From assembly GCA_000182565.2 (NCBI GenBank), contig KQ257461.1: 50,801 nt of DNA; one strand, written 5' to 3'. Below, one piece after another: positions 39,544 through 50,801 of the stretch. The notes under the pieces were generated by a model. It saw only the letters and a program-made list of their open reading frames with translations. It was not told the DNA's origin and ran no database searches. Each line of letters begins with the position of its first letter. Within the stretch, counting starts at the first letter, position 1. This DNA comes from Spizellomyces punctatus DAOM BR117 (Eukaryota). The translations under genes were made by a program, and so were the position numbers.

Positions 39544-39807
39544 TCACTTTGTCCTTCCAGCCTCCCGTGCCCACCTCTGTTCATCCCCGTACGATAGAGA
39601 CGTCTCACTGTGCCTTCTAAAGCTCACAGGGCGCGTCTGTAGGCCAGGGGAGGAAGGCGAACTCTTTGTAGGAAGGAGACCGGCTCCAATCGATGTCAAG
39701 GCACCCGTAGCGTGTTGGCCAGACTCTTGGGGTTGATGGGTCAAGTACATGGCCGCGGCGGCTCCAGCGGCGCCAGCTGCGAGGATGAAAGGTGCAGGTC
39801 CAGGCAT
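39544..39807 (-). CDS. Small hypothetical protein with N-terminal hydrophobic anchor (may continue through introns toward ~39130)
   Basis: MPGPAPFILAAGAAGAAAAMYL... with an RRHS phosphosite-like motif. TATA-like ATATAAAA near 39930 and a GTGAGG donor-like site at the ORF end. Confidence 0.5.
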   Translation of the reverse strand: MPGPAPFILAAGAAGAAAAMYLTHQPQESGQHATGALTSIGAGLLPTKSSPSSPGLQTRPVSFRRHSETSLSYGDEQRWAREAGRTK

Positions 39808-40735
39808 GGTTGTTAAAAGAGTTGCTTGGTTGGTTTCAAACAAATGGTATAGCAGCAGAGAGCTAATGTTCTTTTAAAAAAAAAAAAAAAGAACACCCTA
39901 CGGGGAGAAGCTATTTCACCCACTCCTTTTATATCCCGCAGAGACTGATAAGAAAACATCCTTTACAAATGGCACCCTTTTTGTTCCGCCCCCCATTTTC
40001 TAAAAGGGCTTTTTGTGAAGGGGGGCATGACCTTGTGTGATAAGTGAGTTGATTGGATCTGTGCAAAAGGCGCACTCCAAGTCTAAAAACGCGACTTGTC
40101 TGCTGACCCTCTCAAACGGATGCTGTGACGCGCGAGTTAAAAGTGGCATAAAAGCAGAAGGTTTGGGGACCTTTTAGGGGGCTTGCAACGGTCCATTGTT
40201 TGCATTGCAAATGCTTTACAAATGCGAGCCCAGAAGCAGGAGGGCATTACAAGATATGCCTACTAGTAAGGCGGATGCGAAAGCCAAGTACCGGTCACTT
40301 TAACAAGACCTCGGCGCCCAACTTTCATCTTCTACTGTCCTCCTGCACTGGTAAGCTCGCCAATGTTCCAACATGGCCGGCCACCCTTTGTTCAAACTGG
40401 AGATTGTTGCGGACAGAGACAAGATACATATCAAACTACCACACACACATGATGCGACCCTGTCCGTGTTCTACAGAAGAAACCTTTATGGAAAACGTCA
40501 AAGGCCCAGCAGCAGAGCAAAGCCAAATGAGTTTGCAAAAAACAGCCGATCGTTTGATGCAAATAGCCAAAGTTGTCCGTCGTGCCAAAGCGTGACGTAA
40601 CCCGCGTGCAATTCCCCCTTGACGTTGCTTGAAATATAAAATGGCGAGGGCTTCTCTTTCCCCGCCCTTGAACTCACCACCACAAAGTACGGACCCGCCT
40701 TCAACAATACCTTCATCCATCACACAGTGCAAACC

Positions 40736-42506
40736 ATGCCCAGTACTCGCTCCAAAACCACAACTGTAGTGGACAATTATCCAACACCACCTGCTCGCTG
40801 CAGTGGAGTCTTGTTACATGTCACGTCCCTTCCAACAAAATATGGCATCGGAGATGTCGGACCGTCCGCACTCAACTTTCTGGAATGGCTGCACAAGGCG
40901 GGTCAGACTGTGTGGCAGTTTTTGCCGCTGAACCCTCATGGACACGCAGGGAGCCCATATGGAACGCCAAGTGCGATGGCCGCGAATCCGGCCATTATTG
41001 CTCTGGATGTGAGTTAGTTTTTGGATGACTTTTAAAGAAATTGCCAAGATTTCCACGGGTCGCTCATGATCCATGTGTGTTGATGTATTTTAGCCTCTCT
41101 TGGAAGTCGGACTACTCCAGCCAAACGATATCGAAGAGCTCCAAGGACTACCAGCAGATCACGTCGATTACGATCGCGTCACACCGCTCAAACGCCGAGC
41201 ACTGCGTCTGGCGAGGGACCGGTTCAGAGAGGGGACCATAGCCAACCCCGTTCTGGCCGAGTGGGAAGAGCGTCTCAACAAGTTTGTGGTCGCACATGGT
41301 TCGGCGTGGTTGGACGATTATGCCTTGTTCACAGCCATCCGCGACAAGGAAGGTAAACCATGGGTGGAATGGCCTGTGGATCTCCGGGATCGCAAATCAT
41401 CAGCACTGCACAAGGCGAGAAAAGATTTGGAAGACGATATTGATGAACACGTTTTCAACCAATTCCTGTTCAACGAGCAGTGGACTCTTGTTCGCCGACG
41501 GGCCAAAGAGCTTGGTGTTCGGCTGGTGGGCGATATCCCGATTTTTGTTGCGCACGACAGCGCGGACGTATGGAGCCATCGAAAGATGTTCAAACTGGAC
41601 AAGGATGGGAAACAGATTGTTCAAGCTGGTGTACCACCAGATTACTTTAGCGCCACAGGTCAGCTTTGGGGAAACCCAGTCTATGACTGGGATGCAATAG
41701 CAAAAGATGGTTACAAATGGTGGACGCAGCGCTTCCGTCGTACATTGGAGTTGACCGATGTGATTCGCATTGACCACTTTAGAGGCTTTCAGGCTGCCTG
41801 GGAAGTACCTGCTGAGGACAAAACAGCTCAAAACGGCAAATGGGTCGAAGGACCGGGTGCAAAAGTTTTTCGGGCGGTAGATAAAGCTCTTGGAACACAC
41901 ATGCCTGTCATTGCCGAAGATTTAGGCTTGATAACTAAAGAGGTTCATGACCTGCGAGATGAATTGGGATACCCTGGTATGAAGGTGCTCCAGTTTGCAT
42001 GGGGAGGCGATGGGCAATACGATCCGCGCAATGATCATCTTCCTCACAATTTGAAACATCATCGATGTGTTTATTATACTGGGACCCACGACAATAATAC
42101 TGTTCGTGGATGGGCAGAAAGCGCCTCCCCTGCGGAGCGTAGAGCTGTTCGTCAATATCTTGGCCGGGCACCCCCCGGCGTAAGCAACGGAGGAGAGACT
42201 GGGGCAAAACGTAAAAGACTCGACGATGAAGATCAAAAAGAGGTTAAAAGCGATGTCAGCAGTCAAGAAACCGCATTAGAAATCATAGACAGCTCCTCCT
42301 ACGACTTTATCCGCCTCGCATTATCATCTATTGCGGATATGGCGATATTTCAGCTCCAAGATGCACTGGATCTCGGTGGTGACTGTAGAATGAATTTGCC
42401 TGCAACTGCTGAAGGAAATTGGAAATGGAGAGCGGGCAATGATCAGTTGACTGAGGAGATTGCACAACGGCTGCGGGAGTTGACGCAATTGTACGGAAGG
42501 GTTTAA
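40736..42506 (+). CDS. malQ: 4-alpha-glucanotransferase / amylomaltase (GH77), one intron 41009-41093, ~561 aa
   Basis: RCSGVLLHVTSLP, WQFLPLNP, SPY, GDIPIFV, GVPPDYFSATGQLWGNP, RIDHFRGF (nucleophile Asp), IAEDLG (acid/base Glu), YTGTHDNNT and RMNLP...NWKWR. Confidence 0.95.
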
Positions 42507-43953
42507 GGAGAACTTGTAGATAGTCGGATTGAAACTCGAGTATTATAGATTTTTCTGTAGATAAAGGCAGTCAACCTCCCCTCATCCTCGTACATCAAAG
42601 TCTTTCCGCATTTTTCACTTTGTATTCTGATGGCTTTCTCGATTTCTCGAACTTGAGACTCGCACATAGGCTGGCGCAGGTGACGTCGACAGTACTCGTA
42701 CAGGTGACAGTGTTCCATGGGCTTGCCTCACTAGTGATGCTCCTCAAAAGATTCCAGTTATGGACGTGGCTCACATCCCTCCTCGCAGCCGCAACGCGCA
42801 CAGTTTTCTTAAAAGTTCCCCCTTGCCAAGCAAAACAATGAAAACACATTCCATCTATATAGAGCGCAACGAGTTGCCGACGTGTACTTTTCATTCACCT
42901 GAGCAAAGCTTATGTCGCCGTGAACAGTCGGAATGTTTGTTCACGCACATCAAGTGTTTTTGCCGGGTCGGTGCAGGGTATGATTGGCACAGTCTTTGGT
43001 GGCTAAACGTTAGAATCTATCTCCGCGCATATGGTATCAGGTACAATAGCCCCTCCATCATGTTGATAGTTGATCTGGCTCGAAAAGGAAGAATGGCAAG
43101 TATCAAGGATTAACTCTTTATCTTCGCTTACACTTGCTAATATAGTTTAGTTATATCTGGTGCTGTCTGAGTATGTCCGGGTGAGTTGTTTATCTGAGCT
43201 CGCTCATTACAAATTACAACCAGGTACATCTCCATATTTTTCCTCGATTAAGCGCATTAGCGCATGTCCATTGTACATGGTGGCATTACTGGTTCCGTCC
43301 ACGTTTGTACGCTCCTGTCCAACCCCAGCCTGGTGCGTGCCATGATCTGGGCAAGACCCTCTGGGATACCTTTAGATCCTTGACACTCGTCCTTCCTATG
43401 AGTTTGCCCCACCCCTATGACGAACTTTGGGGTTTTTGAGACATTGTTCAAACGTCCAAAACGCGTCAACAGGAACATAGCAGGGACAGAACTCTACAAA
43501 CAACCCTTCCATCAACCCTTTGCTTTCCACTGCATTTGCGTATATTGCTAGATGGCTGCACGGCGTATCATACATGAACTCTTGATACAAAATAACAATG
43601 GCAAGAACCAGGTCATAAACATCGGCAATGGCCGTCACCCGCTCTCCGCCGCCACCACCTCAAAAGCCATTTGTCATCCAACCAAAGAAAACATGGCATC
43701 CTTCTTACCGACATCCGAGAAGGAATATCCCGTTGGAGACATAAACAAATCAACCGACTTCAAGACAATGCTCACCAGCCTCATTGCCATAGTGGCGTAT
43801 GGCTTGAAACGCGGTAATCATTTCGGCCGAATTCCATTTGCTCAGTTGGAACACTAGTAGGATTGATCGGTGAGATTAATAAGCAACAAGTATAAAAGGA
43901 GGGATTGCTTTCCATTGTTCCCCCCGCCATAGAAAACTCGAAACTCTGCAATC

Positions 43954-45218
<1,265 letters not shown>

Positions 45219-45294
45219 ATGTGTTATATCCCAGAAAATAAACGACTGTAAAGATCATCTGTTACCTTGCATTCAAAATATAAGGCTACTACGT

Positions 45295-47405
45295 CTATTG
45301 CTCTTGCTTTTCTATCGTGGAATCTCGACGGCGGGACTTTGAGAGTGGGGACGCTGCTTGTGGGTACACCCGTCGTAGATCCGCTAAAACCTTGCTCTTG
45401 TCGGGGGTGTTTGGAAGGGATGGCAAGGATTGAAAGACGTGGCGTCTGGGTTGATCCTTAATTATCTTCGCATGCTCATTTAGTATATTCTAGGATAGAT
45501 TTGTTTAGTTTCCGAAAGAGAAAAGAGCAGAACACCCTCGCCTTACCCGTAACGCGCCAAAACCCATCAAACAGCGGCCGACATTTGCACTATTTTCAAA
45601 TGAGTTGGCAATTGGAACCTTGCCCAACTGAACGAAAAAGCACAACTCGTCCACTATTTGCACTTTATATATGTGAAAGCAAAGCCCATCTATACAAAGG
45701 GGATGGATGTTAGACATATAAATTAGAGTAACGTGCACCGTATTACCTGGCGATATGGCCGTATACATTCGAGGCTGAATCTCACCCCAATCAAATTGTA
45801 ACGTATCCGCTTTAAGCTGCCGTAAGGCCCGCTGTAATCCATCTCCTAATTCCAGCTTTCGCTTTGTTGATGATGCGAAAGGGCCTTTTAATTCAGCTAC
45901 TAGTATGATTCGCCCATGAGCTGATATGGTGATGTCTGGTCTTTTTCTATCAGCCATCGTAGAGTCTCTAAAATACTGGTTCAGTAAGAGGTACACATCA
46001 AGCGAGATCCGCATGCTTACATAGCTATGTCCCATCTTTTGTTCCTTACTAAACGGTTAAAATGCGGAAGACAGTATTTGGCTGTATACGACGCTTCTGA
46101 CTGGCGCTGCGGCAATTTAACATGTAAATGACGATACCTGCGCGGAAGTTCAAAGACAGTAAGGCGCCTGTGCTTAGTAAACCAGATGAGGAGCAACTTA
46201 CAGTGATCTAAGCGCATCTCGCTCATCAGATGTAAGGTCACCCAAGTCTACTTCTTGCTCATAATCTTCAGTAATTTCATCCTCCAACATCGCAACTTCC
46301 AAACTATTCACAGCTTGTACCAAAGTCGCGCGGGGCGGAGTCACAAGAGGTGTCCACATTTCACAGTCAGATGCGAAATAACGGTAGATATTCGACCATT
46401 CGGCGATGCTAACATAGGGCTGATAGCACGAAGGCATGCATCTGTCTACTAATAGACCGCGCTTTAAAGAGCTTTGACATGTCTTAGTTATAATTGTAGG
46501 AATCAGACTAAGATTGACTTACACAATAGATACAGGGTCACTCTCCTCGAAACATCGATCATTCTCGACTTTTTGTTGATCCATATAGATGTCCCGTATG
46601 ACCAAACGCACTAAACGACTGCAATTGACACCTGCTACTTGCAGATCTGTAGCTAATTGCGTGTCGCGTCCGGATAGTATATCCACCAGACCGGGTATTT
46701 CCTCCATTGGTAATCTTGTAGGAAGGCTTTCGAGAGTAGCGTGATCCTCATCATAATGGTTAATTTCATGTCTGATTATCCTGTTATATGGATGGTACCG
46801 AGCATTTTGGGTGCGGTACGATGTCGTTCCAATTGCCAAGGTTTCTTGAATAGTCCCATCTTCAAAGCGTGTGCTAACGACTTCCAAACCGCGTGTAAGG
46901 CTCTGCTGTTGAATATTCGCCAAAATCTCTTCTTGTTCAAATATAATATTGAGTTCCTTGGACTCCGTAGCCAAAACCTTCCACGCATCATAGCATATTA
47001 GACAAAATGATAGTCAAAATGAAATAAGAAAACAAGCTCTACGCTTTGACCGGTCCGGGGCGCACCACATGCCCCAGGAGAGCGCACTGTCCTGGGGTTG
47101 AACACGGTCTAAACTTGGGGTCGGCGCACCGACTGATATCACTACCTTCAGGCCGCAGTGTGAAGGAGTGCCCTATGAGCTTGCTTCTACATAGATATTA
47201 CCTTCTCGAGAACAGGGCGATCTTCTTCCTGTACCAATCGTCTGAAAATCCCTATCCATCGGCCCTTTCTCGTTCGCCAAGGAGTTGCCGGTTTATCCCA
47301 TTCTCCATAAATTAGCGGTCTATACTTTTTCACAAATTGCACTAATGAGAACGAGTCCTTCAAGTGTTGCTGGACAGCTTCGTCCCACGGGCAATCCTGG
47401 TTCAT
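45295..47405 (-). CDS. PD-(D/E)XK restriction-endonuclease-fold protein (Crinkler/REase-like), ~7 exons
   Basis: Splicing at GT-AG sites joins ORFs 47187-47471, 46519-46974, 46198-46437, 46017-46241 and 45505-46035 in frame. The product has QSEASYTAKYCLP...RKRPDITISAHGRIILVAELKGP (E...PD...ExK). The start codon is uncertain. Confidence 0.65.
47027..47188 (-). ncRNA. Candidate structured intronic RNA (multibranch, UGCG tetraloops)
   Basis: Closing stem 47177-47188/47027-47039 and several internal hairpins capped by TGCG on the minus strand, inside the 224-nt intron 46978-47201. No known family recognised. Confidence 0.45.
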
Positions 47406-47591
47406 CGTAATGGGCTGCAAGGAAAGCGGACGGGTTCCGACATCGACGTGTTTTACAGGCAGTAAGCACATCAGTATACATACCGAATTCGGCAGTCCGA
47501 AAATCTGGACGCGTTACTCCCACTGGACAATACAACAACAGTATTATAGATAATTAACAAATAGAAACAAACGCATCCGGCCCAATCTATG

Positions 47592-50500
47592 TTATTCTCG
47601 CTCCTCTTGCATGGTACCAGTAACCTTGCCTTCAGTAGGTGCAACAATCGTCGCGGCCGAATCTGCTCGTTGCTGCCCAGGTAAATCAGCATTATCTACA
47701 ATAGTGACATGTAAAGGAATAAAATAGTCAGAGACCATTCAAGGCAAAACCATAAATTGACCCATATTACCACTGGCTGGAGGATCAATAGCTTGACCAC
47801 TTCCATTCTGACCACTCGAACCTACGAGAATACAGAAAGAACCGTTATAAAACAATGTAATGTGAACCATTCACACAGTACTTACCATCCACAACCTCAT
47901 TTCCTCGCTCCCCATCCCAGCCATTCACCTGTTGTTCCCGTCTCATTGATTCGGGATCAATATCCCATCCTTCATAGTCATCCCCAACAAGCCCAACCCC
48001 AAAAGCAGCTAAAACCTCATCAACAGCGCCAATGACATCATCCACAATCTCACTCTCCAGTTCTAATGCAGTCCCATTTATATACTTTGATAAACTCTCT
48101 TCTAGGATTCTTCCCACGCGGTCTACAATCGGCGCACGGTCGACAGCTGGGTAATTTCTTTGCAAAAAGGGTGCCAAGACGCTTAGAACGGTCAATTTGA
48201 TGACGTAAAGGGAGNNNNNNNNNNNNNNNNNNNNNNNNNNNNNNNNNNNNNNNNNNNNNNNNNNNNNNNNNNNNNNNNNNNNNNNNNNNNNNNNNNNNNN
48301 NNNNNNNNNNNNNNNNNNNNNNNNNNNNNNNNNNNNNNNNNNNNNNNNNNNNNNNNNNNNNNNNNNNNNNNNNNNNNNNNNNNNNNNNNNNNNNNNNNNT
48401 TGGGTTGGAGCAGGTGTGGTCAGTCGGTCGTGTGATCCAACATGTCTGTCAAACAGATATCCCCGGCGACGGAGAAAGGAGCAGCAGACATATACCCATG
48501 AGTGCGAATCGTAAAGCAAAGTGAAAACAAAGCTGAAAAATCTTTAACCCCAAATCACCTACCCTTTCCCTCCTCCTTCGCCCTCCTTGTTCCCCTGACT
48601 ACACCTGATTCTCCTCGAAAAATCGCCCCCTCTTGGTTGGACGCTCCTCACCTCTACCCCTTTCACGCTCTAACCCTTCTGCCTCTTCCAAAACGTCATC
48701 GAGAGCAAGTAACAGTCTCTGTCTCAAATACGTATTGCCCAATTTCTCCGCGCCCCGAAAGAGTTGTAGTAAAAAATAGGGCTCCGTCTCGTGCTTGGAT
48801 ATGAGACTCGCAGCGCAGCGGTAGATTTTGTCTTTGCACTGGTCAAAGAGACTGGGGAGGAGCGAATGAACGAAGCATTAGCAATCCCAACTTGTGCCAA
48901 CAACCACAGAGTGCAATCTGTGTACAACCGTTTAGCTTCGGGAGTAATACTCGTCTCCATATCATTTCCACTCATATTGGTTCCCTCTGCGTAGACATCT
49001 GGTACCTCCTCCTTAATATCATATTCATCAACCTCGGCAGCTTCCACCCACGACGCATCTCCACGGTTCTCGATAAACCCTCCTTCTTTATACTGATTCA
49101 GTCCTCGGACGGCTTGATCGACCTCAACAGACCTGTACTGGCCTGGAGATGCACTCCGATGGTCGTAGGGCAGCAGATTATGGACTGCAGGGCTATTGGA
49201 AGAGGGTTGGCAGGAAATAACACAAGAACTCCCGCATGGCAGTTATCTTACAAATTTGGTCCCGGACGTTTCGAATTCGCGTTGGATGGACCGTTACCTG
49301 CACGCGCGCGCGAAGGGGCAGATTGCACTTGTTCGATATTCCGCTCTTGCTGAAGAGACGACTGTCCGACAGACTATTCAAATATCTGCATAAGCGCGCA
49401 TATCAACCTTCTACTTGAGCGCACTCAACCACATACCGCCTGCGTCTTCAGCAAGTTCCTAAAATATGTCACCTTGTTCTAAAATTGCACAAACGTCAGT
49501 CTCAACCACAATCCTTAAGGAATACCATGATCCCAAACCTGAACTTGAACCAACTCCCCGAGTTGCCCCTTCAACCGGGCAAATAACTCGTCAAATTGCT
49601 GTTTCTGTTCATCCGTCGCCATTTCTCGAGCTTTTTCAACAGTCCCCATTTGAGCAAGAACCTCCTGTTCAAAGAATCAGCGCTAGTCGAAGACGTGAAT
49701 GAAAAATAGAGACGAACCTGCATTCCTTGTTCAATGTTCTGGATGTCTGCGTCACTGACGTCCTCGGGAACGCTTTGATCAACTCGTTGTTCAGCGTTTC
49801 CAGCGTAGTAGTGGAGATGGGACGGAACTCTTGGCTCTGCACGTCTCATTTGACCATTCCCCCCGACAGAGGCTGCCTCTAACCGCCTCATCAACTCTTC
49901 CAGAGCGAACTCTCTCGGGTCCTCGTTCTGTTGAAAATGTACATTTGCGGCTTCCGCTACCCGGTGTTGATCCGACATTGCAGAGTCCAGATTGGCGAGT
50001 TGGTCGACGCTTGCGACTGTAACGTTCTCGGCAGGATAAGCATCCTGAAGAGCTTTCTTTTTTGCATCCAGGCCTCGTTTTATATCTTCAAGAAATGCAA
50101 GTTCACGACGGAGGGCTGCCACCTTGGAGTGATCTTGCTGCTCGGCGTCTGTCAGCATCTCCAATGTTTGCTTCCCCGTTCTTTGTTCCCCAGAAACAAT
50201 ATCGCGTTCCCCAGGGTCAATATCGTCAGAGCCCTCATAACCCCTCATAGCCTTAACAATCGCAAATTGATCTCTCAATTCCTCCAGCTCTGCCTGTCTC
50301 TCCGCGAATACGCTCAACTGCTCATTAGCCCTCTCTTCATTACGTTCGTATTGTTCTCTAAGTGCTTGGAGCTGTCGGAGTTGCGTATCACGAACTTCAT
50401 GCATTTGCTTCAACTCCACTAGCTGCTTTAGCGCAGGGCTGACTTCGAGCTCCGAAGAGGCGATTGCGTCAATTGCTTTCATAATATCATCGATTTCCGC

Positions 50501-50801
50501 AGCGTCAATCAACTTCATGTCTGGGGACGGGTTTGAGGATCGGGGACAGGACGAGGTCGCGATATACTCTTCCGAGGCAAGGGCTTTGGCATCCTCAATG
50601 AACGCTGTCATGGCTGTTCTGTTATGGTCGTCTTCCAGGCCCGCCACTTGGGCATTTAGGCTTTCTAAAGCTTGTAGGTCGTTTCTATTGAGGAGCGGAA
50701 CATATTTCAGTGAAGTGTGCACGTTTGAAAAGGTTCCCTATAGTATGTACGACCAGGATCTATAGAGTACGATATTGAACCCAACTGCGCATCACATACC
50801 G
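47592..50801 (-). CDS. PCM1: Pericentriolar material 1 (PCM1)-like coiled-coil protein, 5' end outside the window
   Basis: Long acidic coiled-coil exon (49571-50722). The exon at ~48680-48850 reads LFDQCKDKIYRCAASLISKHETEPYFLLQLFRGAEKLGNTYLRQRLLLALDDVL, and a later exon reads VGRILEESLSKY. Both resemble the PCM1 C-terminal domain as I remember it. The 3' end is approximate. Confidence 0.75.
48215..48399. other. Assembly gap (N run) inside the PCM1-like gene
   Basis: Run of n characters. Confidence 1.

Noticed and set aside
39014-39736. 240-aa plus-strand ORF
   Set aside because: No recognisable domain, and it overlaps a more plausible minus-strand gene with a TATA-like box and splice signals.
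42507-43950. Short ORFs in this interval, and similarly in 28114-29160 and 33000-33900
   Set aside because: No recognisable motif or coherent exon chain; treated as intergenic, though degraded genes cannot be excluded.
47027-47188. Hammerhead, twister, HDV-like ribozyme or TPP riboswitch
   Set aside because: I could not find the conserved cores (CUGAnGA/GAAA, the twister loop with its partner strand, the HDV nested pseudoknot, the TPP CUGAGA) on either strand by eye.
45295-47405. Fanzor/TnpB with an omega-RNA, since Fanzors are known from Spizellomyces
   Set aside because: No RuvC motifs or CxxC zinc finger, and the structured RNA is intronic rather than at the 3' end.

Overview
Gene-dense, intron-rich eukaryotic DNA with mostly 55-100 nt GT-AG introns and two N gaps. 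The gene content points to a flagellated chytrid-type fungus, probably Spizellomyces-like (inference). In order, the window holds: a partial HSF-type transcription factor, a P4-ATPase flippase, ICP55 aminopeptidase, a PXB/DUF3818 protein, aldehyde dehydrogenase, fumarase, two intron-containing tRNA-Asp(GUC) genes, a NEK kinase, a PstS-like domain/EGF/class C GPCR fusion, SCS7, an orphan, a divergent EF-1alpha, omega-amidase, a DUF4203-like membrane protein, a small secreted orphan, a thioredoxin-fold membrane protein, a GPI-type S1/P1 nuclease, a PAP2 phosphatase, a small orphan, a bacterial-like GH77 amylomaltase, an NADP-dependent alkenal reductase, a PD-(D/E)XK nuclease-fold gene and a partial PCM1 homolog. 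The best leads are the candidate phosphate-sensing GPCR, a multi-hairpin UGCG-tetraloop RNA inside intron 1 of the nuclease gene, inverted repeats closing all three clearly long introns, the divergent EF-1alpha, the GH77 gene and PCM1. Exon boundaries were read by eye and family calls rest on remembered motifs; no searches were run.
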